Source: Candidatus Borkfalkia avistercoris (GTDB lineage Bacteria > Bacillota > Clostridia > Christensenellales > Borkfalkiaceae). From it: 64,000 nucleotides of DNA. A program made the translations under genes and the position numbers. This document shows, in pieces, positions 1 to 10,282 of the stretch (positions are counted from its first letter, which is position 1; every line of letters starts with the position of its first letter). The notes under the pieces were generated by a model. It made no database searches. It was not told the DNA's origin and saw only the letters and a program-made list of their open reading frames with translations. Where the stretch lies: assembly GCA_019115995.1 (NCBI GenBank), contig DXCL01000026.1, positions 159,522 through 223,521 on the forward strand. The letters are read 5' to 3'.

Positions 1-1
1 T

Positions 2-226
2 CAGCAGGCCGCACAGCAGAACGGGCAGTATCAGCAGAACGCGCAGCAGTATGCGCAGCAGCAACAATATCGCCAGGCCGCGCCGCAGGCTCAGCCGCAG
101 TATCAGTCTGCCCAACAGCAATACCAGCAGCCTCAGTACCGTCAGCCGGAGCCGCAGATGCAGGCTGATCAGGAGAAGGAAAAATCTCTTCCTCCGTTTG
201 TGCAGAGGCTTTTCAGAAAAAAGTAA
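2..226 (+). CDS. ftsZ: 3' end of probable cell division protein FtsZ (partial): Gln-rich linker and C-terminal peptide
   Basis: Frame 2 reads QQAAQQNGQYQQ...EKEKSLPPFVQRLFRKK*. A low-complexity linker ending in LPPF..R+basic resembles the FtsZ C-terminal peptide (DIPxFLRK). Followed by a terminator. Globular domain is outside the window. Confidence 0.6.
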   Translation, partial: QQAAQQNGQYQQNAQQYAQQQQYRQAAPQAQPQYQSAQQQYQQPQYRQPEPQMQADQEKEKSLPPFVQRLFRKK

Positions 227-240
227 ATCTGTAAAAGTAA

Positions 241-267
241 AAAAGCCGCTCATCAGCGGCTTTTTTT
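241..267 (+). terminator. Intrinsic terminator (probably bidirectional)
   Basis: aaaagccgct-catc-agcggctttt followed by T run; A run upstream. Confidence 0.85.
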
Positions 268-336
268 GATGTAACTGCCGTGTGCCGCTTCGGGCATATT
301 CGGTCGCCGATAAAAACAAGGGGAAACGATCGTGTA

Positions 337-376
337 AAAAAGGAGAGACGGGATAATTCCTCCGTCTCTCCTTTTT
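337..376 (-). terminator. Intrinsic terminator of spoVG
   Basis: aaaaaggagagacgg ... ccgtctctccttttt, 15-bp inverted repeat. Confidence 0.8.
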
Positions 377-424
377 GCTTGCATTCAACGTTATCGCGCA
401 AAGAAATCGGCGACGCCTTCACGT

Positions 425-697
425 TTAAGACTGCTCTTTTTCGAGCGCTTCGTCGTAGGCGGAAAGTATCGCGTTTTTCAGGGCTTCGCGGGTCTCGGTA
501 TTCAAGGGGTGTGCGATATCTTTGAATTCGCCGTCACTCGTCTTGCGGCTCGGCATAGCAATGAAAAGCCCGTCCGTACCGTCGATGACTTTGATGTCAT
601 GTACGACGAAACAATCATCGATCGTGATGGAAGCTACGGCTTTCAGTTTGCTGTCGTCCTTTTTTACGAATCTGATTCGTACTTCGGAAATATTCAA
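425..697 (-). CDS. spoVG: Septation regulator SpoVG
   Basis: KLKAVASITIDDCFVVHDIKVIDG..GLFIAMPSRK...GEFKDIAHP; TTG start with AGGAGGA SD. Confidence 0.97.
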   Translation of the reverse strand: MNISEVRIRFVKKDDSKLKAVASITIDDCFVVHDIKVIDGTDGLFIAMPSRKTSDGEFKDIAHPLNTETREALKNAILSAYDEALEKEQS

Positions 698-737
698 GAC
701 AGTTCCTCCTTATGCAAGATTTAGTTCTTCTGTCTAC

Positions 738-766
738 ATTTTACTATATAATTTCAGCTTTTTCAA
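738..766 (-). promoter_or_regulatory. sigma-A-like promoter of spoVG
   Basis: TTGAAA-17-TAAAAT on minus strand. Confidence 0.6.
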
Positions 767-850
767 GTGGCAAACGAAAATTTTTTGTAAAAAATTGAAA
801 TTTTTTTGCCTGAAAAGGCTTTTTTTGTAATATGCGGCATATATTATGCC

Positions 851-2206
851 ATGGGAAAGACGTTTTGGGGCGATTGCGACAGGATTTTTTTTATCGGTAT
901 AGGCGGCATCAGCATGAGCGGCTTGGCGCTCTATCTCAAATCTCGGGGATTCTCCGTCAGAGGGAGCGATATTTGCGAAAATGACCGCGTGGCGGCGTTG
1001 CGTGCGGCGGGGATCGAGGTGTGTCCCTTCCATAAAAGAGAAAATCTCGGCGACGCGCAGATCGTGGTGCAAAGCTCTGCGATCAGGGCGGACAATCCGG
1101 AACTGCTCGCCGCGCAGGAAAGGGGGATAAAGATCGTCGGGCGGGCGGATCTTTTGGAATTGATCTCCCTCGATCATCAAAATGTGATCGCTGTGGCGGG
1201 CTGTCACGGCAAGACGACCGCGACGGCGATGTGCGCGCATGTATTGGAGAACTGCGCCGGCGGCGTTACCGCGCACATCGGCGGCATAGACGCCGACTTC
1301 GGCAATATGAAGCTCGGCGGCAGGCGTTTTTTTGTGACGGAAGCCTGCGAATATATGGGGAATTTTTTGAAGTTGACCCCGGGCGTTGCGCTCGTTTTGA
1401 ATTCGGACGCCGACCACCTCGATTACTACGGGGAAGAGAGCAATCTGTTCCGCGCGTACTGCGATTTCTGCGAAAAGTCGCAGGCGGCGATCGTTTGCGC
1501 GGAAGATAAAATATCCGCATATATCCGCCCGAATATGACCTTCGGATTGACGCAAAAAAGCGACGTATGCGCGGAGGAAATTGTCGGGCAGGGCGGAAAA
1601 TATGCGTTTACGCTCCGTACAGGGGGCGAGATGCTCGACAGGATCAGGCTGAACGTCTACGGGCGGCATAATATCTATAACGCTTTGGCTGCCGCGGCGG
1701 TGGGGATATATTATCGGTTTCCTCCATATCTGATCGCGGAAGGGCTGGAAAAATTCAGGGGGATCCGCAGGAGATTCGAAAATATCGGCAGGTACGGCGG
1801 CGCGCGCTTTATCGCCGACTATGCGCATCACCCCCGCGAGATCGCCGCCGCCTTGCAGACGGCGCACGAGATCTGCCGCGGCAGGCTGCTCGTCGTCTTT
1901 CAGCCGCATACCTATTCGCGCACGAAACTGTTTTTCGACGATTTCGTAAATGTGCTCTCGGGCGTGGAGGATCTCGTGATATACAAGACCTATTCGGCGA
2001 GAGAGTATTTCGACGCGGAGGGGTGCGCTCTCACCCTTGCGGAACATCTCGGAAACGCGCTCTATATCGAAACGGTAAAGGAGCTCGCGCTTTATTGGAA
2101 GGGGACTGTTTCCGGGGGAGACGTGGTGCTCGTGCTCGGCGCGGGAGATATATACTATGCGGCGAAGCAGGCGCTTTCGCGCCTGAACGGACAGGAGCCC
2201 GTTTGA
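851..2206 (+). CDS. murC: UDP-N-acetylmuramate--L-alanine ligase
   Basis: FIGIGGISMSGLA, AGCHGKTT, EACEY, DADHLDYY, DYAHHP, VVFQPHTYSRT, GAGDI; start placed at ATG 851. Confidence 0.95.
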   Translation: MGKTFWGDCDRIFFIGIGGISMSGLALYLKSRGFSVRGSDICENDRVAALRAAGIEVCPFHKRENLGDAQIVVQSSAIRADNPELLAAQERGIKIVGRADLLELISLDHQNVIAVAGCHGKTTATAMCAHVLENCAGGVTAHIGGIDADFGNMKLGGRRFFVTEACEYMGNFLKLTPGVALVLNSDADHLDYYGEESNLFRAYCDFCEKSQAAIVCAEDKISAYIRPNMTFGLTQKSDVCAEEIVGQGGKYAFTLRTGGEMLDRIRLNVYGRHNIYNALAAAAVGIYYRFPPYLIAEGLEKFRGIRRRFENIGRYGGARFIADYAHHPREIAAALQTAHEICRGRLLVVFQPHTYSRTKLFFDDFVNVLSGVEDLVIYKTYSAREYFDAEGCALTLAEHLGNALYIETVKELALYWKGTVSGGDVVLVLGAGDIYYAAKQALSRLNGQEPV

Positions 2207-2232
2207 GAGGTTGAAAATGAAAGTAAAACGAG

Positions 2233-2262
2233 CGGCCGCCGACGAGTTTTCGTCGGCGGCCG
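2233..2262. terminator. GC-rich hairpin between convergent genes
   Basis: cggccgccgacga-gttt-tcgtcggcggccg, 13-bp perfect stem. Confidence 0.7.
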
Positions 2263-2279
2263 TCTTGCCGCGGTGAACG

Positions 2280-3485
2280 CTATATGCGTATTTCGGAATT
2301 TTTCATCGTGCAGGCGTAAATATAATCTACAAACTGTTTCGCCCTGCGGGGAGATCTGCCGCCCTTATAGAGCGCCCAGCGCTCGGCGAGAGAGAAGAGT
2401 TCTTCCTCCTCCATGCCGAGTTTTCTGTCCTGGGCGAGCTGCTTTACGATGGAGAGATACGCCGCTTTGCCCGTGGAGGAGAAGAGAACGGTCAGCCCGA
2501 AGCGATCGGAAAGGGACAGCTGTTCCTCCATCGTGTCGGACGCGTGTACGCTGTTTTCCCTGTCCGAAAAGTTTTCTTTGAGGATATGTCGCCTGTTGGA
2601 GGTCGCGGCGATCATCACGTTCGCGCTCTTTTCGTTCATGCTTCCTTCCAGGCTCGCTTTGAGGGAAGCGACCTTTTCGTCGTGTTCTTCGAGGGAAAGA
2701 TCGTCTATAAAGATCAAAAATTTGAAGGGCAGGGGGGCAAGCGTTTCTTTGAGCGCGTTGATCTCCTTGATCTGTTCTTTGGGCACTTCCACCGCGCGGA
2801 GCCCTTGCGGTGCGTATTTGTTGAGCATTGCGTGTATCGTGGAGGATTTTCCCGTGCCTTTGTCTCCGTAGAGCAGCATGTTCGAATAGGGCAGCCCCTT
2901 GATGAAGCTGAGGATATTATCCTCAACCGAGCGTTTTTCTTCCTCGTAGTCTTTCAGGTCTTCCAACGCAATGTCGGAGGTGTGTTTTACGGGTACGAGC
3001 TTTCCCTGTTCGAAGGTGAATGCCTTGTTTCCGATAAAGATCCCGTAACCGTTTTCGCGGTAGAAGCCCGCAATTTTGTCGAGCGTGCCGTCGCTTGCCC
3101 AATCCTTCCCGAAAACGGGGTTGTTTTCGCCCGCGTGGATCGCAGGGAGCCCGTTCGATATTTTTTGCGCTATGCTTTTCGGCGGGTGCTCCGCCTTTTC
3201 CGCAAGCGATTGCAGAAGCATAAGATCATGCCTGTAAGCGGCGCGTATATCGTTGTTTTCCGAGCGGGAAAAGCATCTGCGCGCAAATAAATTGTCGTCG
3301 AAGAGGACGGCGTGCGCGACATGCCCGTAAAAATCATTCTGTTCGTCCGTTTCGAGCAGACAGGCATAAGCGCGCGCATACGCTGCGGCGTCGTCTTCCG
3401 AAACTGCGCGGATAAAATAAGAGATCGCCCCGTCTTTGCGGACACCTGTCAGCAGAATGAGCTCGTTTGTCGGATCGTATTGCAT
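2280..3485 (-). CDS. DUF815 (COG2607) AAA+ ATPase
   Basis: Walker A GDKGTGKSS, Walker B FLIFIDDL, ATSNRRH, LSLSDRFGL, GGRSPRRAKQF. Confidence 0.88.
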   Translation of the reverse strand: MQYDPTNELILLTGVRKDGAISYFIRAVSEDDAAAYARAYACLLETDEQNDFYGHVAHAVLFDDNLFARRCFSRSENNDIRAAYRHDLMLLQSLAEKAEHPPKSIAQKISNGLPAIHAGENNPVFGKDWASDGTLDKIAGFYRENGYGIFIGNKAFTFEQGKLVPVKHTSDIALEDLKDYEEEKRSVEDNILSFIKGLPYSNMLLYGDKGTGKSSTIHAMLNKYAPQGLRAVEVPKEQIKEINALKETLAPLPFKFLIFIDDLSLEEHDEKVASLKASLEGSMNEKSANVMIAATSNRRHILKENFSDRENSVHASDTMEEQLSLSDRFGLTVLFSSTGKAAYLSIVKQLAQDRKLGMEEEELFSLAERWALYKGGRSPRRAKQFVDYIYACTMKNSEIRI

Positions 3486-3529
3486 ATTGTGCCTCGTTTG
3501 AGAACGGAAAAAATCCGTCTTTTTGTATT

Positions 3530-3558
3530 ATTATAACCTTTTCCGCCTGCAAAGGCAA
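3530..3558 (-). promoter_or_regulatory. sigma-A promoter of DUF815 gene
   Basis: TTGCCT-17-TATAAT on minus strand. Confidence 0.65.
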
Positions 3559-3650
3559 ATATTTCAGGCTGATTGCGCAAAAGGTTTTACGATTCGAAAA
3601 CCGAATGAAACCGATTGCGAAAATTAATGAATAAAATTGCCCTTTTCCGC

Positions 3651-3679
3651 TTGACTACAAAAGCGAGCCGTACTATAAT
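3651..3679 (+). promoter_or_regulatory. sigma-A promoter of ilvC
   Basis: TTGACT-17-TATAAT. Confidence 0.75.
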
Positions 3680-3697
3680 TTATTACGAAATTATTAA

Positions 3698-4747
<1,050 letters not shown>

Positions 4748-4768
4748 ACGGCTCGTCCGCAAAACCTT

Positions 4769-4798
4769 CCCCGCAGGGATTCCCTGCGGGGTTTTTTT
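4769..4798 (+). terminator. Intrinsic terminator of ilvC
   Basis: ccccgcaggg-att-ccctgcgggg-T7. Confidence 0.9.
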
Positions 4799-4818
4799 AT
4801 ATTTTAGCCCTTTTAGAG

Positions 4819-4847
4819 TTGATAAAAAGCGGGATAAATGGTATAAT
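4819..4847 (+). promoter_or_regulatory. sigma-A promoter of ftsK operon
   Basis: TTGATA-17-TATAAT with extended TGn. Confidence 0.75.
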
Positions 4848-4906
4848 AATACCGTTATATCAAGAAGAAAAATTCCGTCGCGTACCGCGCGGAGGGAGAG
4901 AACGTT

Positions 4907-7900
4907 TTGAACAATCTGGGAAGAGGCAGTGAGAATAAAAAGAAGGATAAAGATCGCATTTTGACCCGCGAAACGGTCGGTTTCGTGTTGGTTTTATTCG
5001 CCGCGATCGCGCTCGTAATACTTATTTCGCGCAGCGTGATATTCGGCAGCGTCGGCGCGGCCATCAGCAATTTTTTGCTCGGTACGTTCGGTTATTGCTC
5101 TTATGCGGTCTTGGCGGCGCTCGTTTACGGCGGCGTCGTTCTGATCTCGGGCAAAAAAATTGCCGCGAAGAGGAAAACGGTCGCTCTGTGCCTGCTCGCG
5201 TTCGTATTTTTCGTATGCCTGATCCATACGATCACTTCGCAGGTCGGCGGTATAGACAGCCGGTCCAGCTACGGCGGCTATCTTGCCGCATGTTATCGCG
5301 CGGGGGAAAACAGCTTTTTCAGAACGACGGGCGGCGGCGTGATCATCGGCCTTATCGTGTATCCCGTCGTCAGGCTCACGACGTATGTCGGCGGATATAT
5401 CATATTTTCTCTGCTTCTGGCGGCGACCGCATATTTTATTTATACTTCCCGCAACGCCGCGGCAGGGGAACGCCGCCGCAGAAAGCAGGAGGAGGAAAAG
5501 ATGGTCGGCGCGGCTTCGGCGGATACGTCCGGGCTGTACGATCTGAACTATGCGGAAAATTCCGCGCCCGTGCAGCCGCAGGCAAACGTTTCGGCTCCGT
5601 ATGCACCGTCTGCGCCGCAGGCGGGAACACAGCCGTATATGCCGCAGGCGCCGATCCGTCAGGAAGGGTATCCGCAGCAGGCGCAGCCGCAACAGCCGAG
5701 CGATCCGTCTAAGCGACTTTTTGCCGTCGGCGACGAATTTGCCTTCAAAACAAAGAGGGAAATGCGGCAGGATCGCCGGGAGCAGTCTGCCCGCAAGGCG
5801 GAACAGCCGCCCGCGCAGCCGCAGCAGCCCATGTCTCCGTATGCGCAGAGCAGGAGCATCTTGTATCCCGAAAACGTATCCGGCTATACAAGCAATCTGA
5901 TTTTCGATTCCAATTCATATTTCAACAATCCGAACCGCGGCATTATTTCCGAACAGCAATATTCGGATAATTTCCGCAGCACTCCTTCCGCGTTTTCGGA
6001 GGGGCATGAAAGATCGAACAGGACGGAGCCGCCCCGCGCGGAAACGAAGCCGCAGGCCTCCGCGTCTTCGCCCAGCTATTCTTCGCTCTATTCCGATGCG
6101 GCGGAGAGCAATATCACCTATACGAACAAGCCGAAAAAGATCGTTACGGATACCACGCGCCCTTCCGATACGGCGCAGCCGGATTCGCCTGTTTCGACCT
6201 ATCGCGCCGAGGGGGATTATTATCGCAAAGACGTGAACACGTCCTTTTCCGCAGGAGAAGGGCTTTCCTCGCAGCGGCCCGTTTCTTCCTTTACGGACAG
6301 GCAGGGGAGCGATATAGGGGCGGTGCGCGAGAATACGTCTGCGCCGATCCCTCCCGCGAGAAATGCAGTGCCGCCTGCCGGCAGAACGCGCCCCGTTCCT
6401 TCACAGGATAGCGAAGCTTCGGGCGCTGTATCCGATTCCGTCGGCGAAAGCCGCGTGACCGGCTTTACCGATCGCTCCGTTTCGCCGAGGCGTGAGGAGC
6501 CAGAAAACGTTTCCCAACCGCCCGCAGAGCCGCCGAAGCGCGACCGCATCGACGAGAGCGTGCGCTTTATGCCGCCGAGCGATTACGAACAGGAGAAAAA
6601 ACGGGAGGAAGAGGAGGAACGCTCTACCCTTCAACCGATCACGGACGACTTCGATTCCGCCGTCAATCTGTTTGATTCAGAAGAGGAGGAGGACGAAGCG
6701 GGAGAGTCGATCGTGCCCGAAGCGAGCGACCGGCTCCGCAGAGAAGAGCCGGCGGAGGAGCCTTTGCCTTCCCGCCGCGGCGACGTTTCCGGTGCGCGCA
6801 CCGTTCCCGCAGCGGAGCCGGAGCAGCCGAAAAAGAAACATATATATGCACGCTACGCCGCGCCGCCCATTTCAATGCTGAACGACTATCAGAGCATGTA
6901 TGCCGCAGACGGGGCGGAAGTGGAGCATAACAAAGAGACGATCACGGACACATTGTATCAGTTGAAGATCCCTTCCGAGATACTGTCTGTAACGCAAGGG
7001 CCTACCGTTACCCGTTACGACATCGATATACCCGGCAATATCCCCGCGAGCCGCGTGCTCAGCTGCGATAAAGAGCTCGCAATGCGTTTGCATGCAAAAG
7101 ACGGCGTAAACATTCAGACGAATTACGAAAACGGATCGATCAGCATCGAAGTGCCGAACAAGCAGAAAGCGACTGTCGGGCTGAAAGAGATGATACAGTC
7201 GGATACGTTTGCCAACGCCAAACCGGGCTCCATCATGTTCGGCTTGGGCAAGGATATAGAAGGGCGTTCGATCTGCGGAGATATCAAAAAGATGAAGCAC
7301 CTGCTCGTGGCGGGCTCTACCGGTTCGGGCAAGAGCGTTTGTCTGAACGCGCTCATCATAAGCTTGCTGTATAAATACAGCCCGGAAGATCTGCGGCTGA
7401 TCCTCGTAGACCCCAAACAGGTCGAGTTCAATATTTACGATAAGCTGCCGCACCTCATGATCAACGAGATCATTTTTGAGCCGGGCAAAGTCATCACGGT
7501 GCTCAATTGGGCGATCACCGAGATGGAGCGCCGTTACGGTCTGTTCAAGGCGAAAACGAAGAGCGGCACGCTCGTGCGCGAGATCGACGAATACAACGCG
7601 CATCTCAACGAAGACGAGGAAAAACTGCCTAAGATCGTCATGATCATAGACGAGCTCGCCGACCTTATGACCGTGGCAAAAAAGGACATTGAAGACAGGA
7701 TCCAGCGCCTTACGCAGAAATCCCGTGCGGCGGGTATCCATCTCGTGCTCGCGACGCAAAGACCTTCGACCGACGTCATTACAGGTATCATCAAATCCAA
7801 TCTGCCTACGCGTATCGCGTTCAAGGTCGTGCAGGAGGTAGACTCGCGCACCATACTCGATTCGTCCGGCGCGGAAAAGCTCCTCGGCAACGGCGATATG

Positions 7901-8314
7901 CTGTATAAAATGGATACGATGACCTTCCCTTACCGCGTGCAGGGCGCGTTTTTGAGCTCGGAAGAGGTGCAAAACGTCGTCGAGTATATCAAGGAGCACA
8001 ACGAAGCGTACTTCGACGAGAGCGTTTCCGACTTTATCAACAACAGCGGTTCGGGCGGTATGGAAGGCGGCGGAGACAGCGACGACAGCGTAGAGGCCGT
8101 CTATATCGAAGCGCTGCGCTATGTCGTGTCCATCGGTCAGGCGTCCATTTCCATGATCCAGAGAAAGTGCTCGGTCGGGTACCCGAAAGCGGGAAAGATC
8201 ATTGAATGGATGGAGAATATGGGCTACATTTCGGCTTTCGACGGCGCAAAATCGCGCAAAGTGCTCCTCACGCAGGAAGAATTTGAAAGCAAGTACGGCG
8301 ATTACGGTAACTGA
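4907..8314 (+). CDS. ftsK: FtsK/SpoIIIE DNA translocase
   Basis: N-terminal TM helices, long linker, HLLVAGSTGSGKSV, IIDELADLM, RAAGIHLVLATQRPS, GAEKLLGNGDML, gamma domain ASISMIQRK. Confidence 0.96.
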   Translation: MNNLGRGSENKKKDKDRILTRETVGFVLVLFAAIALVILISRSVIFGSVGAAISNFLLGTFGYCSYAVLAALVYGGVVLISGKKIAAKRKTVALCLLAFVFFVCLIHTITSQVGGIDSRSSYGGYLAACYRAGENSFFRTTGGGVIIGLIVYPVVRLTTYVGGYIIFSLLLAATAYFIYTSRNAAAGERRRRKQEEEKMVGAASADTSGLYDLNYAENSAPVQPQANVSAPYAPSAPQAGTQPYMPQAPIRQEGYPQQAQPQQPSDPSKRLFAVGDEFAFKTKREMRQDRREQSARKAEQPPAQPQQPMSPYAQSRSILYPENVSGYTSNLIFDSNSYFNNPNRGIISEQQYSDNFRSTPSAFSEGHERSNRTEPPRAETKPQASASSPSYSSLYSDAAESNITYTNKPKKIVTDTTRPSDTAQPDSPVSTYRAEGDYYRKDVNTSFSAGEGLSSQRPVSSFTDRQGSDIGAVRENTSAPIPPARNAVPPAGRTRPVPSQDSEASGAVSDSVGESRVTGFTDRSVSPRREEPENVSQPPAEPPKRDRIDESVRFMPPSDYEQEKKREEEEERSTLQPITDDFDSAVNLFDSEEEEDEAGESIVPEASDRLRREEPAEEPLPSRRGDVSGARTVPAAEPEQPKKKHIYARYAAPPISMLNDYQSMYAADGAEVEHNKETITDTLYQLKIPSEILSVTQGPTVTRYDIDIPGNIPASRVLSCDKELAMRLHAKDGVNIQTNYENGSISIEVPNKQKATVGLKEMIQSDTFANAKPGSIMFGLGKDIEGRSICGDIKKMKHLLVAGSTGSGKSVCLNALIISLLYKYSPEDLRLILVDPKQVEFNIYDKLPHLMINEIIFEPGKVITVLNWAITEMERRYGLFKAKTKSGTLVREIDEYNAHLNEDEEKLPKIVMIIDELADLMTVAKKDIEDRIQRLTQKSRAAGIHLVLATQRPSTDVITGIIKSNLPTRIAFKVVQEVDSRTILDSSGAEKLLGNGDMLYKMDTMTFPYRVQGAFLSSEEVQNVVEYIKEHNEAYFDESVSDFINNSGSGGMEGGGDSDDSVEAVYIEALRYVVSIGQASISMIQRKCSVGYPKAGKIIEWMENMGYISAFDGAKSRKVLLTQEEFESKYGDYGN

Positions 8315-8315
8315 T

Positions 8316-9641
8316 ATGCTGGAAAATAAAAAATTCGGAATGATCTCTCTCGGCTGCGACAAAAACAGGGTCGACGCCGAGAGACTTCTCGATGTTATCC
8401 GCTCGCACGGTTATACGATCACGGACGATATTTCGGAGGCAAATATCCTCATCGTGAATACCTGCGCGTTTTTGAACGAATCGCGCAAAGAGGCGATCGA
8501 CACGGTGCTCGAATGCGACGGGTACAGAAGCGGCGCGCTCGAAAAGATCGTTGTGAGCGGCTGCCTTCCCGAAAAGTACATCGAGGAGGTCTTTCCCTCG
8601 CTTACGGAGGGAGACGTTTTTCTCGGCTGCAACGACGCGAGCGCGCTGTTGGAGGCGATCGAACGCTCTTATCGGGAAGGGCGGGTAAATTTTGTCGGCT
8701 GCGGCAACGAACATGCCGAGGGGCGCGTTCTCACCACGCCCGGGCATTACGCCTATTTGAAGATCGCGGACGGCTGCAATAATTTTTGTACCTATTGCCT
8801 TATCCCCAAGATCAGGGGGCGCTATCGCTCTTATCCGATAGAGGCGCTCGTAAAAGAAGCGGAGACATTGGGCGAAATTTCCGAGCTCATTCTCGTCGCG
8901 CAGGACGTGACCCGCTACGGCATCGACCTGTACGGAGAAAAGAGCCTTGTGCGCCTGATCCGCGCGCTCTCGGCGCTCGAAAATATAGGTTCCGTTCGCC
9001 TCCTGTATTGCTATCCCGACGTGATAGATGACGCGCTCATCGCGGAAATGCGCGACAATGAAAAAGTGATCAAATACATAGATATTCCGTTGCAGCACAG
9101 CGAAGACAGGGTCTTGAAGCTGATGAACCGCAAGGGCACGCGGGCGGAATATCTCGCCTTGATAGAAAAACTGCGCAAAAGCATTCCCGGCATCGCGATA
9201 CGCTCCACGTTTATCGCGGGGTTTCCCACGGAAACGGAGGAGGAGTATACGGGGCTGGCGCGTTTTCTGGAAGAGGCGCAGCTCACAAACTGCGGTTTTT
9301 TTGCCTATTCGCGAGAGCCGGACACGCCTGCCTATAAGCTGAAAGGGCAAATTCCCGAACGGATCAAAAGACGGCGCGTGCGGGGTTTGTATGCCGTACA
9401 GGAGAAAATTTCCGCCGCGCGCCTTAAAAATTACATCGGAAAAACGGTCCGCGTGCTCTGCGACGGGATCGATTACGAGAACGGCAGGTTTGAGGGCAGG
9501 GCTTATTTCAGCGCGCCCGATATAGACGGCAAGGTGTATTTCAACGCGCCTGAGGCATCTCAGGGCGAATATTACGGCGTCGTGATAACCGATTCAGACA
9601 GCTACGACCTTTTCGGCCGAACGGAGGATTACAGAGAATGA
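8316..9641 (+). CDS. rimO: Ribosomal protein S12 methylthiotransferase
   Basis: SLGCDKNRVDAE, VNTCAF, radical SAM motif GCNNFCTYC, APDIDG TRAM region; start at ATG 8316. Confidence 0.95.
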   Translation: MLENKKFGMISLGCDKNRVDAERLLDVIRSHGYTITDDISEANILIVNTCAFLNESRKEAIDTVLECDGYRSGALEKIVVSGCLPEKYIEEVFPSLTEGDVFLGCNDASALLEAIERSYREGRVNFVGCGNEHAEGRVLTTPGHYAYLKIADGCNNFCTYCLIPKIRGRYRSYPIEALVKEAETLGEISELILVAQDVTRYGIDLYGEKSLVRLIRALSALENIGSVRLLYCYPDVIDDALIAEMRDNEKVIKYIDIPLQHSEDRVLKLMNRKGTRAEYLALIEKLRKSIPGIAIRSTFIAGFPTETEEEYTGLARFLEEAQLTNCGFFAYSREPDTPAYKLKGQIPERIKRRRVRGLYAVQEKISAARLKNYIGKTVRVLCDGIDYENGRFEGRAYFSAPDIDGKVYFNAPEASQGEYYGVVITDSDSYDLFGRTEDYRE

Positions 9642-10282
9642 ATTTGCCTAACAAGATCACTTTGACGAGGATATTTCTGATTCCCGTTTTTGTGGCGGTC
9701 TTCTTTCTGACCGTCATTCCGTACAATTATTTTATCGCGGGCATTATCTTTATCGTTGCGTCCTGCACCGATTTCATCGACGGGCACATCGCGAGAAAAT
9801 ACAATCTCGTTACGAACCTCGGTAAATTTCTCGACCCCATCGCAGATAAAGTGCTCGTATCGTCCGCGCTCATTTGCATGCTCGTAAAGCCTGAGATTTT
9901 GCAGGTGATGTGGGGAGGCGAATGGGTGATGATCGTATCGGGTATTTGCGTTGCGATCATTTTGGCTCGTGAACTCATCGTGAGCGGGTTCCGTATGGTA
10001 GCGGCGAGCACCGGGCTCGTTCTTGCCGCAGATAAAGTGGGCAAGGTCAAAACGACTTTTCAGGATATTTCCATTGCGGTGCTTCTGATCGGCGCAAACT
10101 TTTTCGGGATCGCCGCGGCGAGCGAGGTGCTGAACGCGATCGGGCTCGTTTGCCTTGCGATCGCCACGGTACTTACCGTTTGGTCGGGAATGGGATATAT
10201 TGTCAGGAACAGAAGGGTATTTAGCGTACCGGCAGAGAAAAAACAGGGCGAAGAAACACAGGATAACCCCGACGAAAAATGA
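9638..10282 (+). CDS. pgsA: CDP-diacylglycerol--glycerol-3-phosphate 3-phosphatidyltransferase
   Basis: NLPNKITLTR, DFIDGHIARKYNLVTNLGKFLDPIADK. Confidence 0.96.
   Translation: MNLPNKITLTRIFLIPVFVAVFFLTVIPYNYFIAGIIFIVASCTDFIDGHIARKYNLVTNLGKFLDPIADKVLVSSALICMLVKPEILQVMWGGEWVMIVSGICVAIILARELIVSGFRMVAASTGLVLAADKVGKVKTTFQDISIAVLLIGANFFGIAAASEVLNAIGLVCLAIATVLTVWSGMGYIVRNRRVFSVPAEKKQGEETQDNPDEK

Noticed and set aside
1-170. CAG-rich quasi-repeats
   Set aside because: Explained by Gln codons; no constant repeat-spacer structure, so not CRISPR or VNTR
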